From the IMG/VR virus record IMGVR_UViG_3300020202_000061, positions 186,001 through 250,000 of that record: DNA of 64,000 nt, one strand, 5' to 3'. A program made the translations under genes and the position numbers. Below, in pieces: positions 17,561 to 27,137 of the stretch. Position 1 is the first letter of the stretch; each line of letters begins with the position of its first letter. Below the pieces are notes generated by a model that saw only the letters and a list, made by a program, of their open reading frames with translations, was not told the DNA's origin and did no database searches.

Positions 17561-17992
17561 ATGTCTGTTGTTACTCCGTTCTCTCGCCAGTCGGTCCAGG
17601 CCCTCGCCAAGGATATCCAGGCCGCGCTCGACGAGGTCGCCAAGAAGCATGGCCTCGTGATCCGGATGGACCCCGGCAAGTTCACCAGCCAGGACTATTT
17701 CGGCAAGTTCACCGCCACCCTGAACCAGCAGGACAAATCGCTTCTGGCCGACGCCGACCGCACCTACTACGAGACGGTTGCCCCGAAACTCGGCATCGAT
17801 ATCAAGAAGTTCCCCTTCGGCAAGGTTGTCGAATACGGCCGTGATCGCTACCAGATCACCGGCCTCCAGCCCGGCTCCAAGAAGTTCCCGATCAAGGTGA
17901 TGCGCGTCCGTGACGGCAAGGACGGCTTCGGCTTGCCGCTGCATGTGGTGGTCCAGCCCGGCAAGAACATCCTGCCGGAGGTTCCGGCCTGA
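17561..17992 (+). CDS. hypothetical protein
   Basis: AGGAGG RBS; strongly C-ending codons. Confidence 0.75.
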   Translation: MSVVTPFSRQSVQALAKDIQAALDEVAKKHGLVIRMDPGKFTSQDYFGKFTATLNQQDKSLLADADRTYYETVAPKLGIDIKKFPFGKVVEYGRDRYQITGLQPGSKKFPIKVMRVRDGKDGFGLPLHVVVQPGKNILPEVPA

Positions 17993-18344
17993 TGGGTCTG
18001 ATCGACCGCATCCTAGACTTTCTGTTTCCGCGCCCCGCGCCGATCCCCGTGAGGATTCCGGTGCGGGTTCGCCCACCCCGGAGATAACCATGGTGATCGA
18101 CAACGCGACCAGCAACGGATGATGAAACCTGAGGATATCAGCGAAGGTCGGTATTACGTGCGGCGTGATATGCCGTGGTATTTCCGCCGTGTCGAATTCA
18201 TTCTCGATTCTCCGTCTCGATCTGGTGGTAAGGCCGTCCAATGGTCCACGGATGCCTTTGGCGTTCGAGGCGGACGCCGTGCCGGTCGTTGTAGTCTCCA
18301 GACCTTTGCCCGATGGGCTCAGGAGGAAATGGAGTCACTCGGCA

Positions 18345-18773
18345 ATGATTGATCCTCGCGTTGAGCAGATCGCCCTCAAGACCCGGACCTGGGCGGAGAA
18401 GAAAGCCAACTACGGTTTGTTTTGTCGGGACCTGACAGGGTTTTGCGCCCGAGGCGCGGCTGAACTTCACATACGGCTGAGGCGGGCACGGTTCGCCTCG
18501 CAAATCGGCGTGTTTGATCCGAGAGTCTACGAGGATTCCCAGGCGTTCGGCGGCCACGCCTTCGTGATGGTCCAGGAACACGTCGTGGACATCACTGCGA
18601 CCCAATTCGGTCTGAAACCGGTCGAGATCGTCCCATTTGGACCCTCCAGGAGGGATCGGGAATTCTGGCACGCCACGTTCTCGTTCGAGCGGCTCAAAGA
18701 TTTCATCAACCACATTCAGGAATGGCCGCATTATCAGCGTCCCAAGCACAGAAAAATCCCAGAATTCGCTTGA
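18345..18773 (+). CDS. hypothetical protein
   Basis: C...A...H...GHAFV..VVDITATQF pattern. Confidence 0.55.
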   Translation: MIDPRVEQIALKTRTWAEKKANYGLFCRDLTGFCARGAAELHIRLRRARFASQIGVFDPRVYEDSQAFGGHAFVMVQEHVVDITATQFGLKPVEIVPFGPSRRDREFWHATFSFERLKDFINHIQEWPHYQRPKHRKIPEFA

Positions 18774-18798
18774 CAAACCCTGGGGTTTCTGGTAGACT
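18770..18798 (+). promoter_or_regulatory. early-type promoter with palindromic spacer
   Basis: TTGACAAACCCTGGGGTTTCTGGTAGACT; first 26 nt identical at 38967. Confidence 0.8.
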
Positions 18799-18827
18799 CT
18801 GACCTCGCAATCAGGAGGGCTACCCGA

Positions 18828-19313
18828 ATGTATCAGTTGATTTCCGAGATCGCTCGTGAAGTTGGTGTTGATGCGACGGTGGCCGAGGTAGTGGCGCGGA
18901 AGAACCGCGACGACCTCGCCGTTCACGACAGCTTCCGTGGTCTGGAACTCGGCTACTGGCAGGTCGATCAGTTCAAGGCGATGCTGCGCGGTAAGCCGTT
19001 CGTGCGGCCGGTGACCCAGGACGACATGCTGCGCCTGAACGAGAACATCGCAATCTTCCTGGGTTGGACCACCGAGGAAGAGCGTCGTCTCGCCGCCGAA
19101 GAAGCTCACGCCGAGTGGCTGGCCGAGAACGCTTATGTGATCGCCCAGGAGAACCGTTACGATCCGGAAGCCGAGGCCGACCTTGAGCGGCACAACGAAA
19201 TGTTCCCCTATGGTTATTGCAGCCCCGAGGAGGCCGCGCGTCGTGAGGCCGAACTGGTCGGTGACGAGCAGGCCGACCGCTGGCATGCGGACTCCATGGA
19301 AGAGGGCCGTTAA
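18828..19313 (+). CDS. hypothetical protein
   Basis: AGGAGG RBS after promoter. Confidence 0.7.
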   Translation: MYQLISEIAREVGVDATVAEVVARKNRDDLAVHDSFRGLELGYWQVDQFKAMLRGKPFVRPVTQDDMLRLNENIAIFLGWTTEEERRLAAEEAHAEWLAENAYVIAQENRYDPEAEADLERHNEMFPYGYCSPEEAARREAELVGDEQADRWHADSMEEGR

Positions 19314-19315
19314 TC

Positions 19316-19501
19316 ATGTGGCACAAGGTCGAAACCGTCGTCCAGAACTACCGGCTCGATCCGGTCGTGGCCGCGAAGGTCATCGAGAAGAACCGTGATC
19401 GGTTCAGCATCGTCAACGAGTTCGGCTGGGACGAGATCAGCACGTGGTACGTGAATGACTTCGTCGCCGAAGTTCGCAAACATCAGGAGACACAATCATG
19501 A
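19316..19501 (+). CDS. hypothetical protein
   Basis: coupled ORF; resembles the N-terminus of 18828..19313. Confidence 0.55.
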   Translation: MWHKVETVVQNYRLDPVVAAKVIEKNRDRFSIVNEFGWDEISTWYVNDFVAEVRKHQETQS

Positions 19502-19812
19502 GCAAAATGCCCGAAGTCAAGCGTATGCATTCGGCGCGAATGCCGGATGAACTCACCGAAGTGTTCAGCCCGGCCCGATTCCGAGTGTATCGGACGGACA
19601 AGCCCGATTATTTCGACATCGGTTGGGGCGGTCAACGGGTCGGCATGATCCGTTGGATCGAACAGACGAACGGCTATTTCCTGGGCTCGATGACCGTGGA
19701 GGGTCAGGCATTTCAGGCGCAGTCACACGACATTGAAAGCCTCATGCATTCCTTGCTTGATATGCTGGAGGCTTCGCTCGTCTACGTGAGCCAGAAGTTC
19801 CTCAATGCCTAG
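19498..19812 (+). CDS. hypothetical protein
   Basis: AGGAG RBS, ATGA overlap. Confidence 0.6.
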   Translation: MSKMPEVKRMHSARMPDELTEVFSPARFRVYRTDKPDYFDIGWGGQRVGMIRWIEQTNGYFLGSMTVEGQAFQAQSHDIESLMHSLLDMLEASLVYVSQKFLNA

Positions 19813-20005
19813 GAAGAAGGCCCAACCCACTCTCCAACCGGGTGATGTCGAGCGTAAGCCCGGCTTCTACTGGCTCGACATGGGCCAGGGTAAGTGGGAA
19901 CCCGCCGAATGGACCGGCACAAACTGGTTCCTCATTGGTGGACTCCGCCCGTTCCACACGGACGAGTTCGATCAGATTGGGGATCGCATCGAGCGAAACC
20001 CCTGA
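19805..20005 (+). CDS. hypothetical protein
   Basis: coupled ORF; PGFYW...WEPAEW. Confidence 0.55.
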   Translation: MPRKKAQPTLQPGDVERKPGFYWLDMGQGKWEPAEWTGTNWFLIGGLRPFHTDEFDQIGDRIERNP

Positions 20006-20095
20006 AATCGTTCAAAACCCCTTGACAACATCCCTGTGGTTATCCACATACCGTGGACAGTCACCATGGGGGTGATTCTATTTTGGGGGTTTTTA

Positions 20096-20344
20096 ATGGC
20101 AACGACTCGTACCGTCGCCGGAGTTCTGGCGACCGCAATCCGCAACAACCTGGGCAAGGGTCCGCATACCCTGGAGTCCATCTACAAGGCCACCAGCAAG
20201 ACTTGGCCGTTCTCGCGCAAGTCCCGCAAGGCCGTGATCCGTGCGACTCTCCAGCGCAATTCGGCGACTTCGCCCGCATTCACCGGCAATCAGAACCTGT
20301 TCCGCCACTACAATCAGGGCGTTTGGGGTCTGTCCGGTCGCTAA
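20096..20344 (+). CDS. small winged-helix (HARE-HTH-like) protein
   Basis: LESIYK...VIRATLQRNS...LF...GVWGL. Confidence 0.6.
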   Translation: MATTRTVAGVLATAIRNNLGKGPHTLESIYKATSKTWPFSRKSRKAVIRATLQRNSATSPAFTGNQNLFRHYNQGVWGLSGR

Positions 20345-20410
20345 GTCTGAGGGATTTCTTTACGGAAACCTCTTGACAAGAACAAGGGGTTTCCGTAAAT
20401 ACCCTTTGTC

Positions 20411-20484
20411 GCCCGCATAGGTAAGTGATATACCGTTTCTTTGGTAAGGAAAAATCGGAAGTTTGATTCTTCCTGCGGGCACCA
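20411..20484 (+). tRNA. tRNA-Thr(GGT)
   Basis: GCCCGCA/TGCGGGC-A-CCA; TT-GGT-AA; T-loop TTTGATT. Confidence 0.82.
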
Positions 20485-20487
20485 ATA

Positions 20488-21234
20488 TCAGTTCATGATG
20501 TCCTCGACAATCCCCCGATAATCGACCGGGGGATTTTCGTTTTTGGGCTTCCGAATCTCCTCACGGAGCTTGGCCAGGATCGGATCGTGCTGGAATAGTT
20601 TGTATGCGCCGGGATGCAGATCGATGTGCCGGAGCCCATCAAATCCCACCCAAATATAGTCCACGGCTTTTTCCGAGTTCAGATCGGGATCAAACTCCTC
20701 CTGCACCACATGGAGGTAATTGTGGTAGACGTGGTCCTGATTCTCGTCCACCCACAACGGGAGTAGTCTCCGGTGATCCACGCGGAACCTGCCGTCCTCA
20801 AGCGCCGCCCTTGCGGCTGCAATGGGTGCGGTTTCACCCTGTGCGACCGAACTCCCCCACAGACCCGCCAGCCAGGGATTGTCCTGCTCGGTCCGTCTGA
20901 TCTGCATGAGGAATCGACGAGTTTTGCGGCAGAACACCAGGAGACCACCGACCTGACGTTTCCGAACAGGCGGTGGTAGCAGATCGGTGAATTTCTTCTT
21001 CGAGGTCCGCTCGGGTCGAATGAAATTTTCCAGGTCCTTGCCAACGATGAATTCGATGAACCGAGGTTGGCTCGGATAGATCAGGAACACCGAGCGCAAT
21101 TCCTGAATCTTGTTCTGGTTCAGAAAATCCACCAACAACTTCTGTGCCACGCTGGGATAATCCCGGTAGACACGTGCGACACGCTTGATGTCGTCGTAGC
21201 GAATTGTGGCGTCTTTGGTCCGCAGGCGTTTCAT
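20488..21234 (-). CDS. NUDIX-fold protein with degenerate box
   Basis: GGLLVF..RFLMQIRR..GET..AAARAALED; TAAATA and GGAGG upstream. Confidence 0.6.
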   Translation of the reverse strand: MKRLRTKDATIRYDDIKRVARVYRDYPSVAQKLLVDFLNQNKIQELRSVFLIYPSQPRFIEFIVGKDLENFIRPERTSKKKFTDLLPPPVRKRQVGGLLVFCRKTRRFLMQIRRTEQDNPWLAGLWGSSVAQGETAPIAAARAALEDGRFRVDHRRLLPLWVDENQDHVYHNYLHVVQEEFDPDLNSEKAVDYIWVGFDGLRHIDLHPGAYKLFQHDPILAKLREEIRKPKNENPPVDYRGIVEDIMN

Positions 21235-21290
21235 TAGAGCCTCCGTGATATTTAGGTTGAAACCCCAGGTTTTTCTCTTACATCCCCAAG

Positions 21291-22028
21291 ATGTTCGAGA
21301 TTTCCAATGGGATAGTTCTGCGCACGAGCATTCTGGAGTTTCTTCCAGAATGCTGGCGAGCCCTACCCACACCGGAAGAGTTCTACGGCATCGACTGGCG
21401 CGAGGTGCCGATATCGACAATCTATGCCGACCTCTCTCATCACAGTTACGAGGAGAAATTCCACTATAACTGTGAGAATCGTAGTGGGCAGGCCACGCGC
21501 ATCAGTGAACCCAATTGGGAACGCCAAGAGCTTTGGGGCGCGGCTAAGACGAAAATTCCCACAACTCCACTTCAATGGACCCACAATCGTGGTGTGCTTG
21601 GCTCGCGTTGCTATGAGGGTTTGGTGCAACCGGCCGTGCGCAATTCCTATCTGGGTGTTTTCATGCGGAATGGGATCATCCACAATGATTACTCTCAACG
21701 CGCTGTCAAGAGTCTTGCGGATGATTATCGAGGGATTGTATTACCGCTGGCCCCAGTCGGGACTATGCGAATGACTTTGAATTGCCGAGCTTACAGTGAG
21801 CATTGGATCGATGGCGTGCACAAGAGTGTCATAGCGGAGAATGCTTACGTGGTGTTCTACGACACCCACGGCGTGCGCTTCCGCAGGTATATCCCGCGCG
21901 ACGACATGGACTGGTCCGGATTTTATTTCTCACCCAACGCGGAATACCCAAATGCCACGGACAAGATGATCTTTCTGTCAAAACTCCGGGAATTGACAGA
22001 GAAACCCAAAGCTGTTATGTTTCTTTGA
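21291..22028 (+). CDS. hypothetical protein
   Basis: 245-aa ORF. Confidence 0.55.
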   Translation: MFEISNGIVLRTSILEFLPECWRALPTPEEFYGIDWREVPISTIYADLSHHSYEEKFHYNCENRSGQATRISEPNWERQELWGAAKTKIPTTPLQWTHNRGVLGSRCYEGLVQPAVRNSYLGVFMRNGIIHNDYSQRAVKSLADDYRGIVLPLAPVGTMRMTLNCRAYSEHWIDGVHKSVIAENAYVVFYDTHGVRFRRYIPRDDMDWSGFYFSPNAEYPNATDKMIFLSKLRELTEKPKAVMFL

Positions 22029-22038
22029 GGAGAACCCC

Positions 22039-22554
22039 ATGGAAGTTGTGAATCCGGCCTATCTGTATCTGCTCGTCCGCAACGATCTCCAATCGTTGAA
22101 CGCGGGTAAGGCTGTTGCGCATGGAGCGCACGCCGCCAACCAATTCATGTGGAAGATGGAACGTGCCCTGCACGCGACTACCGCTGAGGCCGAGAGCAAG
22201 CTTCCTTTCCAGGCATATGCGGAGTGGCTCGGTGAGGGCCAGGAACATCGTGCCGATGGATTCGGTACGACCATCGCTCTGTCCGTGAATCTGACCCAAC
22301 TCCAGACCGTCTACAACCTGGGCTCCCGCCTGGGCTTCGAAACGGGTCTGGCCTGGGACCTCTCGTATCCGTACGATGTGACGGCCGAGGTCGCCAAGCT
22401 GATCGAGCGTGTCGAAGCGTATCCGCTGGAGTATCCCCCGATCTACAAGGGTGACCGCGCCACGTGCTTTCGACGTGAAGTCGCGGCCGGATACATCTTC
22501 GGTCGCAAGGATGACCTGCGCCCGCTTCTCCAGAACTTCCCGTTGATGCCGTGA
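22039..22554 (+). CDS. peptidyl-tRNA hydrolase Pth2-like, divergent
   Basis: YLLVRNDL.SLNAGKAVAHGAHAA. Confidence 0.7.
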   Translation: MEVVNPAYLYLLVRNDLQSLNAGKAVAHGAHAANQFMWKMERALHATTAEAESKLPFQAYAEWLGEGQEHRADGFGTTIALSVNLTQLQTVYNLGSRLGFETGLAWDLSYPYDVTAEVAKLIERVEAYPLEYPPIYKGDRATCFRREVAAGYIFGRKDDLRPLLQNFPLMP

Positions 22555-22561
22555 AACACTA

Positions 22562-23134
22562 ATGCTACTACCTGCTCTCCTCAATGAGATCATGGACACA
22601 CCGGCCGAGGACGAGTCGAAGAAGCTCGTTCAGGTTGCCACGATCCTCTATGACCAGGGTTGGATCGACACCTTCACCTATGCCAGGGTGAAGCAGTTGA
22701 TCAATCTGGGAGCGCCGGAGAGTGCCGTCATCTTCATGCGGCCGAAGAACCGGCTTTATTCGATTGGTTCCCGTGTCAAGGTTGGTGGTTTCGTCGGGAT
22801 CACCGATAACTCTGGAGTCTCCTACGACGGTGCTACACCCGCTCTGGCTCTGGCTGCGGCATTTGTCGCAGCCTACTGGAACAAGGGTTGCTACACGCCG
22901 GACGAACTCAAGCAGATTCGTGAGCATCGTCTGGAGGCGCAGAGACGCGCCCGTGAAGAAGCTGAGCGCCGTGGCATTCAGATGGACCCGGAGATTGCTC
23001 GTCTCCAAGAGATCAGAGAGAACGCTCGTAGCGAAGCCTTGGAAATCCTTGATGGCCATAAGGGCGTGATTGCCTCGATGAGTACCGAACAATTCATTGC
23101 CGAATTCGGGGAGTTCGGAGAGCAAGGGTGCTGA
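22562..23134 (+). CDS. hypothetical protein
   Basis: co-directional ORF. Confidence 0.6.
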   Translation: MLLPALLNEIMDTPAEDESKKLVQVATILYDQGWIDTFTYARVKQLINLGAPESAVIFMRPKNRLYSIGSRVKVGGFVGITDNSGVSYDGATPALALAAAFVAAYWNKGCYTPDELKQIREHRLEAQRRAREEAERRGIQMDPEIARLQEIRENARSEALEILDGHKGVIASMSTEQFIAEFGEFGEQGC

Positions 23135-23349
23135 AACCTTGACAATTCCTGGAGTTTCTGGTATATCTGGCTGAGGAGGACCCAAATGCTTTCTCAGAGT
23201 CAGATCGATCAGCTTCCTCGTTGGCCTCAGCGTCAGGACTCCCTGACAGATCAACTTCGTGATCTCGTGATCGTGGCCGATCTCCTAGGTATGCATGATG
23301 CGGCCGATTTCATCCGGTACAACCATGTCAAACGTCCGGAAGCCGAGTG

Positions 23350-24123
23350 ATGCCTGAGAAACCCCACAAACTAACCAAGAGCGAACTGTTCCTGCTGGAC
23401 GAGCTTTCCAAGCCGTTCTCCATGCTGGAGACGACCAGTGGTATGCACAGCAGTATTTCGGTCAGCTATCACGACGAGAATTGGAAACGTCTCGACGAGA
23501 AGGACAAGGTGCGCTGGCCGCATCGTGATTTCTGGAAGTTCGTGACGGAAATCCCCGAAACCGATTATCCCAAGTATGGTCGTGGTCAACGACCGTTCTG
23601 GCTCCGTTTGTATTTGCTCAACGACATGGGTCGAGCCGCGCTCGAAGCCAATCGGCCTGCTCTGGAAAAGTTCAAGCAGGCCGAAGCCGACGAACGTGCC
23701 AAGGCCGAGCGCCTCGTAATCGTCGGCTATTCCCGTGGTTTCGGTGGTGGATACGGCGGGCGGCGCAAGTTCGGTGCTCTGGTCCGGGTCCTGCGCGAGA
23801 CGGACAATCGTCTCTACGTGCAGCCGGTGGCCTCAGCCAGCAAACACAGCGATGGTGCGGCCTACTACGGCAGCACGGCTGTGCGTGGCCGTGGCAAGGA
23901 CCGGTATGTGGAAAAGGATGATATTCTGGTCGATCCCGCCACGGAGGAACAATTCCGTGCCCTGGTCCTGCTGGATGATGAGCGTGGTGCGACAACCGAC
24001 CGCATCAACAAGGCCGAACAGGACGAACTCGCCCCGATCAAGAAGCGTTGGGAGGACTCCCGCAAGCAGCAGGCCGCCATGTATGAGGAACTGGAACAGG
24101 GCCTCATCAAGGGGAAGAAATGA
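23350..24123 (+). CDS. hypothetical protein
   Basis: 257-aa ORF in the promoter-23139 unit. Confidence 0.65.
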   Translation: MPEKPHKLTKSELFLLDELSKPFSMLETTSGMHSSISVSYHDENWKRLDEKDKVRWPHRDFWKFVTEIPETDYPKYGRGQRPFWLRLYLLNDMGRAALEANRPALEKFKQAEADERAKAERLVIVGYSRGFGGGYGGRRKFGALVRVLRETDNRLYVQPVASASKHSDGAAYYGSTAVRGRGKDRYVEKDDILVDPATEEQFRALVLLDDERGATTDRINKAEQDELAPIKKRWEDSRKQQAAMYEELEQGLIKGKK

Positions 24124-24722
24124 AAATCCTTCGGCGTCCTATTGTTTCCGGCAGTGGCTACACCTACATTCTGTCGCCCAGGTGCTTCTACTGGGGTCGG
24201 GGCCGTCTGTACGTGGGCTACAACATCATGAGTAAACTTCATCCAGGGGATGAACCCCTGTGGGACCCGGTACCCGTGGCCCCCTTTACCGTGATGGAAG
24301 CCATGGGGGGTTTCTTCCAACTCACCCAGGTCCAAACCGAAGGTGGCCCGTACTATCGGAAATGGGCAACACTGGAATCTCATTTGGTGATTCAACCGTG
24401 TGACTACGGTGATGGATTTCTCAAGAAGCAGATCGACCAGGGCGAGATCGAATCACACAACGTCTATACTCTGGAACCCAGCACCATGCTCCGGTTCGAA
24501 CACGAATGGGGCCGAGAAACCATCGCCCGCTGGGAAAATCCTGATCGGCTGATCCCGAAAATCGAGCGCCAACTCAGGTTGTCCCGTGAACGCGCAGTCA
24601 ACGGTAAACAACGGAAAAATTTGGAGGAATTGTTCCCCTTCCCTCGCATCCTGGAGAATCGTGCTCGGATGATCGCTCGATACGCGCGTCTCCGAAGATC
24701 AAACAGTAATCATCAGTTCTGA
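24120..24722 (+). CDS. hypothetical protein
   Basis: ATGA-coupled ORF. Confidence 0.6.
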   Translation: MKILRRPIVSGSGYTYILSPRCFYWGRGRLYVGYNIMSKLHPGDEPLWDPVPVAPFTVMEAMGGFFQLTQVQTEGGPYYRKWATLESHLVIQPCDYGDGFLKKQIDQGEIESHNVYTLEPSTMLRFEHEWGRETIARWENPDRLIPKIERQLRLSRERAVNGKQRKNLEELFPFPRILENRARMIARYARLRRSNSNHQF

Positions 24723-25044
24723 TTGCGTGGGCCGGAAAAAAGAGATTCCGGCCCAAATTTTTTGGAACCGAATCCCAGGTTCAGGAGTTTACGGATTCAT
24801 AACGAACCACAATGGAGTGTAAAAAGATTCTTAATCTACATTTTCCCTATTGACGGAATCTAAACGACTCGCTACGATAGGGAACGACTATGGTGTAAAC
24901 TTTCAAAGTGGAGCCGAATTCCCCCCGGCTCCCAACACGAGCCAGGACTCTTCCCCCCAAGGGTCCTGGCTCTTCTTTTCTGGTAAAAGAAAAACTCTTG
25001 ACATTCTCGGGATTCTCGCATAAATACTCCCTGCGACACGGTTT

Positions 25045-25120
25045 GGGGCCTTAGCTCAGTTGGGAGAGCGCAACGCTGGCAGTGTTGAGGTCAGGGGTTC
25101 GACCCCCCTAGGCTCCACCA
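25045..25120 (+). tRNA. tRNA-Ala(GGC)
   Basis: G3:U70, CT-GGC-AG. Confidence 0.93.
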
Positions 25121-25157
25121 AATCAGATTCGAGGGCGGTTCGCCGCCCTTTGTGTTT

Positions 25158-25233
25158 GGGGCCATAGCTCAATTGGGAGAGCAGTAGCTTTGCAAGCTAA
25201 AGGTTCGGGGTTCAAGTCCCCGTGGCTCCACCA
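25158..25233 (+). tRNA. tRNA-Ala(TGC)
   Basis: G3:U70, TT-TGC-AA. Confidence 0.93.
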
Positions 25234-25244
25234 AACATGTGTAA

Positions 25245-25320
25245 GGGGCTTTAGCTCAGTTGGGAGAGCGTCTCGTTCGCAATGAGAAGGTCAGGGGTTC
25301 GACTCCCCTAAGCTCCACCA
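25245..25320 (+). tRNA. tRNA-Ala(CGC)
   Basis: G3:U70, TT-CGC-AA. Confidence 0.93.
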
Positions 25321-25531
25321 AGCACTTCGGTGCTAAGTTCGTGCGGCACGGGATCGTGAAGTGTCTGGCAGCGGCCCCCTTAAAAGGGCACTCAAGCCGG
25401 ATCGCTTGGAGACCTCTTTAATCCGAGAGGTTGTTGAAGGGCATCGGACCGTGGTCTCACCCATGAGGGAGTGGATTCCCGCGTGGGTCCCAAGAAGAGA
25501 CGCCAGAGGTCTAAGAGACGCTGGCACTTTT

Positions 25532-25606
25532 GACTCGTTAGCTCAGCGGGAGAGCATCGCCTTGACATGGCGGGGGCCACAGGTTCAATCCCTGTACGAG
25601 TCACCA
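25532..25606 (+). tRNA. tRNA-Val(GAC)
   Basis: cloverleaf, A73-CCA. Confidence 0.92.
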
Positions 25607-25609
25607 AAT

Positions 25610-25684
25610 GGGTCCTTAGCTCAGCGGGAGAGCGTTCCCTTCACACGGGAAAGGCCACAGGTTCAATCCCTGTAGGACCCACCA
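25610..25684 (+). tRNA. tRNA-Val(CAC)
   Basis: cloverleaf, A73-CCA. Confidence 0.92.
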
Positions 25685-25871
25685 AGCCCCTTAGATGATT
25701 CATGTTACCTGATGAAGGTCGTGCACGACCATTGGGGAACCTGAGCGTCTGAATCGGTCCTCTGGAGAAATACTGCTTTATTGTGGTTGATCTGGTCCGG
25801 CCGCAGCGGTGAATCCGTCTAAGGGGCTTACCTTTTCTCTCCCCCGCGCCTACATACGACGGGGGTCATCA

Positions 25872-26267
25872 ATGAAAATCAGACATCTCACAATGGGCTA
25901 TCAGGCATACTTCGTGCCGCGCACGGTCATCGACACGTTGGCCATAGGGTTTCCGCCGCGATTCCCCAAGTTTGATCCGCACCACGTGACCATCGTCTTT
26001 GGGGTGACCCAGCAGGAACCGCTCCCAGAGGGACTCGCGGAGATCAAGATCGTGGGCTATGCGAGTGACCGTAAGGGAATCGAGGCGTTCGTGTGCTCGG
26101 TGAACGGGACGGAGAAGCGTCCGGATGGTCAAACCTATCATATTACCTGGAGCTACGATCCTGCTCAGGGTTATGCGCCGAAGAACTCGAATGATCTGAT
26201 TCAGAAGTATGGCTGGGTCAAGGTTAATACGGGCGTGCGGTTCCACGCCCAAGCGAAATTCATTTAA
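25872..26267 (+). CDS. 2H phosphoesterase family protein
   Basis: two HxT motifs (HHVTI, YHITW) about 65 aa apart. Confidence 0.75.
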   Translation: MKIRHLTMGYQAYFVPRTVIDTLAIGFPPRFPKFDPHHVTIVFGVTQQEPLPEGLAEIKIVGYASDRKGIEAFVCSVNGTEKRPDGQTYHITWSYDPAQGYAPKNSNDLIQKYGWVKVNTGVRFHAQAKFI

Positions 26268-26689
26268 CGTTGCGGGCGTTGGAGCTTCTGCAAGTCCTGC
26301 GGAGCCAATTTCTCCACGGTGCCAATGGTGATGGAATTGCTAAATGCCTTCACTAGGCTTTCCAGATTGATCGCTCCGACCTCACTCAGCTTGGCCAAAA
26401 CACCCACGGAGACCTCTACGTCATGTAGTTCCACGTCGATCTCAACTTGTCCGGTCTTGGGATCGATATCCACGCTGATCTCCCGGATTTCTCCAGCGAT
26501 TCCTGCCTTCTGGTAGAGACCGAGGTATTTCTGCTTATAGACTTTCTCGATAACAATCTGGCGGTCGAAAATCATGTCGTTCTCGGCGTCGATGCGTGCC
26601 TGTTCATCGTCATCACGGATTGGCGGGATGATTTCCTGGGCTTCGGTGAGCCCAGCCAGTTTACGGATACGTTCGAGTTCCTTGTCCAT
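26264..26689 (-). CDS. late protein with RKLAGLTEA motif
   Basis: TAAATA 5 nt before ATG; MDKELERIRKLAGLTEAQE. Confidence 0.7.
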   Translation of the reverse strand: MDKELERIRKLAGLTEAQEIIPPIRDDDEQARIDAENDMIFDRQIVIEKVYKQKYLGLYQKAGIAGEIREISVDIDPKTGQVEIDVELHDVEVSVGVLAKLSEVGAINLESLVKAFSNSITIGTVEKLAPQDLQKLQRPQR

Positions 26690-26740
26690 GCTCATATTTA
26701 GGGCCTTGATTATTCCTTGGGTTTTGACTAATATTGGTTC

Positions 26741-27070
26741 ATGCCAGTTCAGGAAGTATATTGGGGTGTCCCCTATCAGATCATCGACGGTCGTCAGACC
26801 TACTTCGATATCTACGAGAGGAAGTGGCTGACCGAGGCCAAGGTGAACGGGAACAAGGGCAACGCGCTTCGTCTGAGAATCCACGAGCGCCAACCCGAGG
26901 ACCCACCCAGCACGTACTGGGGCTGGCTTCGTACGGACGATGACGCATACATAATGATCCAGCCGGTGAGGCTTTTCTTTGACATGTGCTTCCCGTACGG
27001 TCCGAAGATCGAAGAGGAAAAGGGTAAAGGTCGCGCCGTGAATCTTCACGTCGAGCCGTGGCCGGAGTAA
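26741..27070 (+). CDS. hypothetical protein
   Basis: divergent ORF. Confidence 0.55.
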   Translation: MPVQEVYWGVPYQIIDGRQTYFDIYERKWLTEAKVNGNKGNALRLRIHERQPEDPPSTYWGWLRTDDDAYIMIQPVRLFFDMCFPYGPKIEEEKGKGRAVNLHVEPWPE

Positions 27071-27137
27071 ATATGAGCATGATCCACGAGAATCACAAGG
27101 CAGGTTTCCAGTAGTGTAAACTACTGAGGAATCTGAA

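Noticed and set aside
18198-19286. Long minus-strand ORFs such as 18198..19286, 39237..40454, 55483..56613 and 57546..58550
   Set aside because: Shadow frames of C-ending-codon + strand genes that have RBSs, promoters or motifs; no start signals of their own.
25709-25745. Hammerhead ribozyme (CTGATGA followed by a hairpin)
   Set aside because: The required GAAA after stem II and stem III/UH are missing.
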